Virus record (IMG/VR): IMGVR_UViG_3300045988_069781
Coordinates: 32,770 to 96,769 of that record
Direction: 5' to 3' (one strand)
Length of the DNA: 64,000 bases
From: a virus
Of the stretch, positions 1 through 7,034 are shown one piece after another (the stretch's first letter is position 1; every line of letters begins with the position of its first letter). The position numbers and the translations under genes were made by a program. The notes beneath the pieces were generated by a model that was not told the origin of the DNA, made no database searches, and saw nothing but the letters and a program-made list of their open reading frames with translations.

Positions 1-123
1 AAGACAAATCAAAGCTATATGAAGATATATAGTACGTCAATAAAGTAGTTGGGATATTGTCGAAATAAGTTAAATGAATAAGGCAAACACTTTCTTTTTA
101 TTTGCATCTTAAAATAATCAAAT

Positions 124-345
124 ATGAAAAGTAAAACGAAATTATTTTTGTGGTTATATGTGCCACAAAATAGTAAAGTACAGTTTGATCCTTACAAGAG
201 TTCTGTAACTCGAGTAGAAGTAGAATGCACTTTCAAAAAAGTGATACGTGGTAAGCATTCACCAGTTGTAGAGTATAATTATACTCATCCACGACTTAAT
301 AAAAAGCTTACAGGTATAGTACCTATGGCTTTGTGGGAGGCATAA
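124..345 (+). CDS. hypothetical protein (73 aa)
   Basis: ATG-initiated ORF in the co-directional + strand block. No recognisable motif. Confidence 0.4.
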   Translation: MKSKTKLFLWLYVPQNSKVQFDPYKSSVTRVEVECTFKKVIRGKHSPVVEYNYTHPRLNKKLTGIVPMALWEA

Positions 346-346
346 T

Positions 347-532
347 ATGATAAAAGAGATTATAGAATATATAGTATTCTTTATATGGATCTTTGGCTTT
401 GTTATGTCATATGCGTTTGGTAATGTTCCTGCGATACTATATATCGTAATCTCTCTTATCATATTGTGTCGTATTCACATACGAGGTTTAAAGAAACTAT
501 TTTTATTAATAATTAAATCAATTAAAGACTAA
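347..532 (+). CDS. small hydrophobic membrane protein (61 aa)
   Basis: The ORF is tightly packed after the previous stop. It has two long hydrophobic stretches (FFIWIFGFVMSYAF, ILYIVISLIILC). Confidence 0.45.
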   Translation: MIKEIIEYIVFFIWIFGFVMSYAFGNVPAILYIVISLIILCRIHIRGLKKLFLLIIKSIKD

Positions 533-537
533 AAAGT

Positions 538-897
538 ATGAGTTGGAGTGATAAAATTGGAGAATCAATTCTCTACAGCTTTGGTAAAGATCCACCAGAA
601 CAAAGAAAGAAAGAGATCAAGAAAAAGATACGAGAAGAATTAAGTAAAAATCCAACATTATCTAACATTCTAAGACAAAATAAAGCTGAAGGTAAATTCA
701 TAAAAGAATTTACTAATCAACTTATGAAACGTACTTCTAATTCTAGAGATATAGGTGATACAATTAATTATATTATAAACCGTGATCCTTATCCAATAAA
801 TACTGCGTTATGTTGGTGTGATACTAGTCAAGGTCATGATTATTGGAGTATGCTTGATTCAATCGTATCAGCAAATCTAAGAAAAACAAAATTTTAA
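538..897 (+). CDS. hypothetical protein (119 aa)
   Basis: ATG ORF 5 nt after the preceding stop. No motif recognised. Confidence 0.55.
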   Translation: MSWSDKIGESILYSFGKDPPEQRKKEIKKKIREELSKNPTLSNILRQNKAEGKFIKEFTNQLMKRTSNSRDIGDTINYIINRDPYPINTALCWCDTSQGHDYWSMLDSIVSANLRKTKF

Positions 898-932
898 ACA
901 CTTATTTATTAACACTTTAAATTATCAAAATT

Positions 933-1331
933 ATGAGCGAAATTAAAGACGAAATTCGTAACGGTAGAATTATCAACAAAGAAGTAGTAACTGCAGCAGC
1001 TGAAGAACTGGCTAAGAAACGTAATGCGAAACTAACGAAGGAAATGATGCGCATTGCCGTTGACTCGGAGTTTGAACGTAAGAATGCGTTATTGAATTTG
1101 CAGCGCAATCGTGATGAAGAAGATCCGATCAAGGCTTGTTTGAAAGCTAAAGAAGCAAATGAAATTGCAGTAAAAGAAGGAAAAATGACGCCGGAAGAAT
1201 TTCGTGAAGCCAATCGTAAAGCTGATGACGAAAAATCCAAAGCTTTACGTAGTATTTCTGATGAATACTACACTCTGCGTAACCAGTTGCAGAAGCAGTG
1301 CTATGACGTCCTGAATGACTGGGATGATTAA
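933..1331 (+). CDS. hypothetical charged/coiled-coil protein (132 aa)
   Basis: ATG ORF with K/E/R-rich helical composition. The opposite-strand ORF 917..1240 looks like a shadow ORF. Confidence 0.55.
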   Translation: MSEIKDEIRNGRIINKEVVTAAAEELAKKRNAKLTKEMMRIAVDSEFERKNALLNLQRNRDEEDPIKACLKAKEANEIAVKEGKMTPEEFREANRKADDEKSKALRSISDEYYTLRNQLQKQCYDVLNDWDD

Positions 1332-1347
1332 TAGCAACTCCAAACCT

Positions 1348-1661
1348 GTGCCGATAAGTCCTGTAAAGCTTATTAATTAGTATTAATGTCTTTACATTTG
1401 TAGAGACACTAATACTAGTTAGTGCCGAAAGTTATTAAACCGAATAGATTTAGTAGGTAATTAAGTTGAATTAACAACTTCCCTCAAGTGCTATATGCCG
1501 TAGGGTGGAAAAACAATGTGCCACTGATCATGTGCCGAAGATCATTACTATTGTTTTAGCTATTGTACTTTATGTCCTGCATAAAAACAATAGGCTCTAC
1601 TTGTAGAGTTTTATAGTAATGGTTATCAAAACACATATAGAAATTGTGCTTTATGCCGAAG
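1348..1661 (+). repeat. array of five degenerate direct repeats (R-TGCCG-W-A-R-G) with associated hairpins
   Basis: GTGCCGATAAG at 1348-1358, GTGCCGAAAG at 1422-1431, ATGCCGTAGG at 1495-1504, GTGCCGAAG at 1532-1540, ATGCCGAAG at 1653-1661. Three copies are preceded by GTGC(T/C). There is a 16-bp hairpin at 1381-1414. TTGTAGAG recurs at 1398-1405 and 1601-1608. The region has no ORF. Confidence 0.5.
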
Positions 1662-1961
1662 TTTTATTTTTAATATATAGTATAAATATTAAGTAAATCA
1701 TATTACCATGCTACTTCTAATTTATATGATTTTTAAAATATTTATACAAACTTCAATTTCTATCAGTCTATCAAAGGCACAGAATCCTAAGTAATATAAT
1801 GCTTTGTGCTTAAATATTATTTATAAAAGACGGAAATGCGTAAAAAGTCACATTCTAATGAAAGCGTCTTTAGACAGTAGAACATAGAATCCGATAACTT
1901 ACGGTCGCTTTATAAAATATATTTAGTATTACTTAGGATAAACTCTTAAAATTCATTAATT

Positions 1962-2093
1962 ATGGATTGGACAAGAGAAGACTTAGAAAATAAGTCAAAA
2001 GAAGAACTTATAGATATCATTATGAATATTCAGGAAGATTTAGAGTATTTTCCAGATCTTTATGATAGTCCATATGATGACTATAAGGAATAG
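1962..2093 (+). CDS. small acidic ORF (43 aa, MDWTREDLENKSKEEL...)
   Basis: ATG at 1962, TAG at 2091-2093, followed by an imperfect hairpin. It is below the ORF-track size cutoff, so coding status is uncertain. Confidence 0.3.
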   Translation: MDWTREDLENKSKEELIDIIMNIQEDLEYFPDLYDSPYDDYKE

Positions 2094-2167
2094 AGAGTAA
2101 GAAGAGAAATCTCCTTACTTTCACGACCTTTTGGTTCATATTATTAAAATTATTAAAAGTAGATATT

Positions 2168-2465
2168 CACAGTATAAGAACTGTACTGTGTCTTATTAGG
2201 CTTATTAATCATTGTTAGGACGAGGGTTCGATTCCCTCCAGCTCCACGCTCACAAGAGCTACAAGGGAAAACAAAACTAGGATTTTTGATCGTGTTGACC
2301 GTGCGCCAAGTTTTTAAATTTTAGAACGGTCAAAAGGGGCTGCATGGTTTTGACTAGCAATTAGAGAGATAAGATAGGTTCATGTGTGTTTAAATGGCAA
2401 CTATTCGTTTGTCACTGATTATTCTTACGTAGCGTAAGAATATGATGCGTGCTAAATACGAAAGT
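2168..2465 (+). ncRNA. ssrA: circularly permuted (two-piece type) tmRNA-like gene
   Basis: The 3' tRNA-like module lies upstream: GGAC (2218-2221), T-arm GAGGG-TTCGATT-CCCTC (2222-2238), acceptor 3' strand CAGCTCC plus A (2239-2246). This is near-identical in pattern to my recollection of the E. coli tmRNA 3' end, GGAC-GCGGG-UUCAACU-CCCGC-CAGCUCC-A. The 5' module lies about 90 nt downstream: GGGGCTG (2336-2342), then CATGGTTTTGAC (compare GGGGCUGAUUCUGGAUUCGAC). The acceptor pairing gives G1-C72, G2-C71, G3.U70, G4-C69, C5-G68, U6-A67, G7-C66. A P2a-like helix, TAGCAAT (2354-2360) with ATTGTTA (2211-2217), abuts GAC and GGAC. ATAAGATA (2369-2376) pairs with TGTCTTAT (2189-2196). Candidate tag frame 2396-2437 reads GNYSFVTDYSYVA-stop, and its stop lies in the 9-bp hairpin 2421-2441. 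The outer ends of the feature are approximate. Confidence 0.6.
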
Positions 2466-2471
2466 TAGGGA

Positions 2472-2540
2472 TACTCTTTAGTTCAACAGGTTAGAATCGT
2501 GATTTATCACGGAATGTGGGTTCGAGTCCCACAAGAGTAA
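2472..2540 (+). tRNA. tRNA-like element with aberrant anticodon arm (69 nt)
   Basis: Acceptor TACTCTT/AAGAGTA. D-arm GTTC-AACAGGTTA-GAAT. T-arm GTGGG-TTCGAGT-CCCAC. The anticodon arm folds only as CGTGA-TTTA-TCACG (4-nt loop) or with a 6-nt loop, so no standard 7-nt loop or anticodon can be assigned. Confidence 0.45.
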
Positions 2541-2576
2541 CAATTAACTTATGTTTAATTTCTTAAAAGTAATCAG

Positions 2577-2954
2577 ATGAAAAAGATGACTTTAAGCCAA
2601 TTGCATGGTAATCTAAAGACTTTCAGTAAAGAATTTATAGGAGCTGGAAGTAGAAATAGTGTAGTTGGATTGTATCGGAAACTTATTGAGTTAGGAGCAA
2701 TTCCATCCAGTAAGGAAAAGGATAATAGTCTTATTAGCTCTAAGCAAAAGATTGTTATTCTATGTGTTAACGATGGAATTAGAAGTAAATTTGCTCGTAT
2801 CTCATTACATGAAAGATCATGGTGGGATTATTGGCATAACAAAGCACACAAGCATTGTAAGCCAGCTTATATTACTTATAACGTACCAAAACAAATGGGT
2901 ACAGTAATAAGTAATTTAAATATTAAAGAATTAGAAACCCTAATCCCAGAGTAA
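2577..2954 (+). CDS. hypothetical protein (125 aa)
   Basis: ATG ORF directly after the RNA island. No motif recognised. Confidence 0.6.
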   Translation: MKKMTLSQLHGNLKTFSKEFIGAGSRNSVVGLYRKLIELGAIPSSKEKDNSLISSKQKIVILCVNDGIRSKFARISLHERSWWDYWHNKAHKHCKPAYITYNVPKQMGTVISNLNIKELETLIPE

Positions 2955-2955
2955 T

Positions 2956-3150
2956 ATGGAACTATCTTATTGGATTTATTTTAAACCAGGTGAAAAAGAT
3001 AAGCTTAAACAAATTATCGATGAAAATCCTAATCCTTTAATGGCAAATATTGCTATTCAAGAGGAATTTGGTGTATCACTCACCGAAGCTGAGAAAATTA
3101 TTGAGGTGTATAACAATAAAATTAATAAAACATGTCATCAAGAATCATAA
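2956..3150 (+). CDS. hypothetical protein (64 aa)
   Basis: ATG ORF starting 2 nt after the previous stop. Confidence 0.5.
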   Translation: MELSYWIYFKPGEKDKLKQIIDENPNPLMANIAIQEEFGVSLTEAEKIIEVYNNKINKTCHQES

Positions 3151-3566
3151 CACTTGATAAACCTGGTGTATATGTAGCAGAACATAATGCTACTAAAAAA
3201 CAATACTTAGTAAGTATTACGGGACAATTACCCATGTTACGAGTTGCTAACATCCTTGATTTATCTAACTTTACTTTTGGACTTAATTCAACAGTAACTG
3301 CTGTAGATAAGTTAAAGGAAGATATGCAGAATGCTCCAAATGACTATACTTATTCTCCTCTTCAGGTTAAACTGGAAAGAAAAGCTGAAGAAGTAAAAGA
3401 GGATATTCTTGATTTATCCAGATATTCAACATTAGCTGAAAACAAGGATAAATTACTGGAAATGGATGATAATATGGCGGTTATTAACATATGTAAAGAC
3501 GAAGGTCTTGACGTAGCTACTGCCACTGAGATTTGGAAACAATTCAAATTATCATTACGACCGTGA
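3132..3566 (+). CDS. hypothetical protein (144 aa)
   Basis: ATG ORF with a short overlap with its neighbours, typical of phage gene packing. Confidence 0.6.
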   Translation: MSSRIITLDKPGVYVAEHNATKKQYLVSITGQLPMLRVANILDLSNFTFGLNSTVTAVDKLKEDMQNAPNDYTYSPLQVKLERKAEEVKEDILDLSRYSTLAENKDKLLEMDDNMAVINICKDEGLDVATATEIWKQFKLSLRP

Positions 3567-4066
3567 ATGCAGATGAAGTAAAGAAATATATTTACGATAG
3601 ATCTGCAAAGCTATCACAGCAGTTTATTGACTTCATTAAACATGAAGGTGTTCCTGATTATTTATTACCATTGTTTGATGATAATAATGGTTATAGATGT
3701 GATTGGAACATAATAGGTGGAGAAGAAGCAAAAGAATATTTTAAACCTTATTATAAACCAATAAGTAATAAATTTATTCTTAGCTTAGAACAAAGAAAAA
3801 ATGTACAAACCTGGTTATCTAGAGTTAGTACTAAACTTTTTCTACCTGAATTGATGGTAGGAAGTACTATCGCAACCGATAAAGTACAGTTACGAATAGC
3901 TACTTCTTTAATCGACAAATTAAACATTCCAAGACAATATCGGGATTATCTATTTGATAATACTATATATTGCTTTTGGATTCGTAAACGAGCGTATAGT
4001 AATTTCTTTTGGCAAGAAATAGTACAGCTTCCGTTTGCGCCAGATTATCGTTTAAATATTAAATGA
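3533..4066 (+). CDS. hypothetical protein (177 aa)
   Basis: ORF followed by a strong hairpin (GTAAGAGAG..CTCTCTTAC, about 4075-4100). The exact start is uncertain. Confidence 0.6.
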   Translation: METIQIIITTVNADEVKKYIYDRSAKLSQQFIDFIKHEGVPDYLLPLFDDNNGYRCDWNIIGGEEAKEYFKPYYKPISNKFILSLEQRKNVQTWLSRVSTKLFLPELMVGSTIATDKVQLRIATSLIDKLNIPRQYRDYLFDNTIYCFWIRKRAYSNFFWQEIVQLPFAPDYRLNIK

Positions 4067-4117
4067 TAATAGGGTAAGAGAGATTGGGTTCTCTCTTACT
4101 CACTAATCCGTAGGCCT

Positions 4118-4684
4118 ATGAAAGAAGAAGAAAAGATTCTAATTGAAAAGGCGAAGCACGGTGATGAAAAGGCCTTTAAGCAATTGTATGATAATTATTA
4201 TCGTTTAATACGATATATTATCTATGATGCGATAAAAGATGAAGAAGCAACAGCTGATTTATTATCTGTTACTTTTACTAAGGCCTTCAAACGTCTCGAT
4301 TATTTTGTTGAAACTATTTCTTTTGAAGCATGGTTAAAAACTATTGCAGTAAATACAGTCATTGACTATATTAGAAAGAATAAGAACCAACAAGATAATA
4401 TCTCTATAGATAATGAGAATAATGCAATTCAAATATCTAGTGATAACGATCCCGAAACTGATTTAATTAAATCAGAGTCAATAGATATTCTTAGAATTGC
4501 ATTAACTCGACTTAGAGCCAAATATAGGAACCTTCTAGAACTCAGATATTTTGGTAATCTAAGTTATGAAGAGTTAAGTGCTGAGCTTGGTATACCAGTT
4601 GGAACTGTAAAGTCTGACTTAAACAAAGCTAAGCATAGACTCAAGTATTATTTTCAAAAAATTTCAAAAACTAACAAAACATGA
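4118..4684 (+). CDS. ECF-type sigma-70 family RNA polymerase sigma factor
   Basis: 188 aa. Region 2-like segment: FKQLYDNYYRLIRYIIYD..., EAWLKTIAVNTVIDYIRK. Region 4 HTH-like segment: LRYFGNLSYEELSAELGIPVGTVKSDLNKAKHRL. Confidence 0.8.
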   Translation: MKEEEKILIEKAKHGDEKAFKQLYDNYYRLIRYIIYDAIKDEEATADLLSVTFTKAFKRLDYFVETISFEAWLKTIAVNTVIDYIRKNKNQQDNISIDNENNAIQISSDNDPETDLIKSESIDILRIALTRLRAKYRNLLELRYFGNLSYEELSAELGIPVGTVKSDLNKAKHRLKYYFQKISKTNKT

Positions 4685-5058
4685 CAACATTCATTGTATC
4701 TATGCTAGTAATTATCGGTATTGTTGCAATTGCACGATATTACGGTAGTTCGTCAATGGCAAGCAATTTATTGCTTACTTTGGCATTTTCTGTTGTCGTG
4801 GGTCTTGGTATTCAATTTGCTACTAAGGGAAACCATAGTAAAAAAGAAAGTACCAAGATTGAAAATTCCATTGCAGTTAGTAATCCTGTATCCACACAGT
4901 CTGTTTGTACAGTGTTGGAACCTGTAAAAACTAGCCATTCTGGGGCTGTGAGTCAGGTACAGGATTATAAAACTGTAGTAAAGGAGTTTCCACGATTAAA
5001 TTCCAAAAAGCTTGCGTATACTGAACGTATAGCTCCACCATTCCCAGATTCATCCTAG
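4681..5058 (+). CDS. membrane protein, possible anti-sigma partner
   Basis: ATGA start/stop overlap with the sigma gene. Two N-terminal hydrophobic helices. The anti-sigma function is inferred from position only. Confidence 0.55.
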   Translation: MTTFIVSMLVIIGIVAIARYYGSSSMASNLLLTLAFSVVVGLGIQFATKGNHSKKESTKIENSIAVSNPVSTQSVCTVLEPVKTSHSGAVSQVQDYKTVVKEFPRLNSKKLAYTERIAPPFPDSS

Positions 5059-5144
5059 ATGAATATAACGGGATCACATTATTAGCTTTATAAAATAATT
5101 TATTAACTTTTAATATTCGAAAAGGCGAATTAAACATTATCAAA

Positions 5145-6542
5145 ATGGAAAATAATAAGAATAAAGGTCAGAAGACTGACGATAAAATAAAGAAAACTAC
5201 TGCCGCTCCTGCGGCTGCACCGGCTGTACAAGCTAAGAAAGAACAGCCGAAGACTGGATTAAAGGAAGATAAAACTCCTAAACCCGCAGCTCCTACAGCT
5301 CCTAAGAAAAAAGAGGAAAAGGAGACAAAAAAGCCTACTACTGATGCTACTGGTACAGTAGAAAATATAGCAGCAGAAGAAGTAAAGAAACCTATAGTTT
5401 CTCCGTTAGAATCGCCTAAAGTAGATTCTCTGATTTCACTTATGGGCCCTAATGATCTGATGGATGCGAATCATGCTGCAGAATTCTTATCGGCGCTTGA
5501 GCGTCGTACTGCCCGGATGGATCGTAGTAAACCTATTACGATTCAGATGGAATCCATGCTAGATTATAATATGATGTGGTATGCTGTACGTTTGTCTGTA
5601 CAATCATTTGCACAGAAACGTGAATGCAATATGCTTACACCAAACGATGAACTTATTGTTCAGCAAGCTATTGATACAGCTGCGTCTATGGGTGTTGCTC
5701 TTGAAGCTCATCCTACAGATGATCCTAATCAGATGCGTCTTGAGTTTAAGGATATTTCTCCTGAAACAAAAGCAGCAGCTGATGCAGAGAATGCCGCATC
5801 AGGTTTAGCTTCAACAGTTAAACCACCTAAACATGTAAAACTTACCGAGGAACAAATGAATCCTCTGAACTGGAAGAATGATGATGAAGCAAAAGCTGCA
5901 ATCACTCAAGATCTTCAAGAATCAGGAGAAACCCCATCTAACAAATTCTTACGCATCTTGGGTAAAATCAAGACATATCGTGAGAATACTACGGAAGATC
6001 CCGTTCAGAAGGGAATCTGGAGTAGTGCTAACTTGGGAGCTCTTGCAAAAGAATATTTCAACATCATTGGTAAGAAAGGTATTGTTGTACTCTCTGGACT
6101 TATGTCTTCTACCACAGCTTCATTGAAGTTAGGTCAGACTATGATCTTTGCACATTCTCTCTTACGGAAGAATATGAAAGGTCTGAATGATCAAGATGTA
6201 GTAGACCTGATTAAAGCGTTTATTGAAGTAATGCACGCAGATCCTGCACAGCCTATCGAACAAGATCCTTGTGTAGTAAAGGGTATTTTGGCTCCAACTC
6301 GTGATACGTTTGTACGCATTGCGTTGCAAAAGCCGGCAAAAGATGAACTAATGGATTGGTTCAAGAAGATTATGGGACCGTTTTATGACATCTATAAAGA
6401 TGAAGTAGGTTCTAAATCTGATGAAGATTTTGCTCTGAAAGCAGCAAACAAAATGATCGAAATACGTAACATGTATGTAGATAAAGAAGCTGCATTCCCA
6501 CTCTTCACAAAAGAAGATTTTAAGGCTGTAATGGGTAAATAA
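5145..6542 (+). CDS. hypothetical protein with K/P/A/E-rich disordered N-terminus (465 aa)
   Basis: Long ATG ORF. About 100 aa of low-complexity N-terminus (AAPAAAPAVQAKKEQPK...) is followed by a globular part. No motif recognised. Confidence 0.8.
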   Translation: MENNKNKGQKTDDKIKKTTAAPAAAPAVQAKKEQPKTGLKEDKTPKPAAPTAPKKKEEKETKKPTTDATGTVENIAAEEVKKPIVSPLESPKVDSLISLMGPNDLMDANHAAEFLSALERRTARMDRSKPITIQMESMLDYNMMWYAVRLSVQSFAQKRECNMLTPNDELIVQQAIDTAASMGVALEAHPTDDPNQMRLEFKDISPETKAAADAENAASGLASTVKPPKHVKLTEEQMNPLNWKNDDEAKAAITQDLQESGETPSNKFLRILGKIKTYRENTTEDPVQKGIWSSANLGALAKEYFNIIGKKGIVVLSGLMSSTTASLKLGQTMIFAHSLLRKNMKGLNDQDVVDLIKAFIEVMHADPAQPIEQDPCVVKGILAPTRDTFVRIALQKPAKDELMDWFKKIMGPFYDIYKDEVGSKSDEDFALKAANKMIEIRNMYVDKEAAFPLFTKEDFKAVMGK

Positions 6543-6555
6543 CCTATTATATCAA

Positions 6556-6939
6556 ATGAAAGGTAAATTTGCTTATTTAGCAGTATTCGTTGTAGGTCTT
6601 ATTATGTCCTACAATACTAACATTTTCAAACCCGAAAGTGTTACGGCAACAGAAACCATTAAAACGGTTCAGTTACCCCCAATTCCAGGTAATTTTAAAC
6701 TTAACCTGGATTTAGAGACAGGTAAAAGTATCGTGGAAAGTAATATACCCGTTACAAGTACTGATATAACTGTCAATCACCCCACGAAAATCGTGGAAAA
6801 GGTAGTGTATAAAAAATCTAAACCCAAAGTAGTATATGAAACAAAAACTGAGGTACAAACGAGACCGGTAATGTTTACTCTACCAACTCCCCGCTCTCAC
6901 AAATTTGTACCTGAGTATCCTAAAAGTGTAGAGAAATGA
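6556..6939 (+). CDS. secreted or membrane-anchored hypothetical protein (127 aa)
   Basis: N-terminal hydrophobic segment FAYLAVFVVGLIMSY. Confidence 0.6.
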   Translation: MKGKFAYLAVFVVGLIMSYNTNIFKPESVTATETIKTVQLPPIPGNFKLNLDLETGKSIVESNIPVTSTDITVNHPTKIVEKVVYKKSKPKVVYETKTEVQTRPVMFTLPTPRSHKFVPEYPKSVEK

Positions 6940-7034
6940 AGCAAAAAATAACTAAAACTAATATAGTATCATTAATTGGTATTATTTTATTCTACTTATT
7001 TTGTTTATTTTTTGCTTATTGTATTAGTGATTAA
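6936..7034 (+). CDS. possible 32-aa transmembrane peptide
   Basis: ATGA overlap with the upstream stop. Sequence MKQKITKTNIVSLIGIILFYLFCLFFAYCISD. Very short, so weak. Confidence 0.25.
   Translation: MKQKITKTNIVSLIGIILFYLFCLFFAYCISD

Noticed and set aside
2639-2645. GGAGCTG as an alternative 5' acceptor partner for the tmRNA-like 3' end
   Set aside because: It lies inside the CDS 2577..2954 and lacks the downstream tmRNA-like GAC/P2a context that follows GGGGCTG at 2336.
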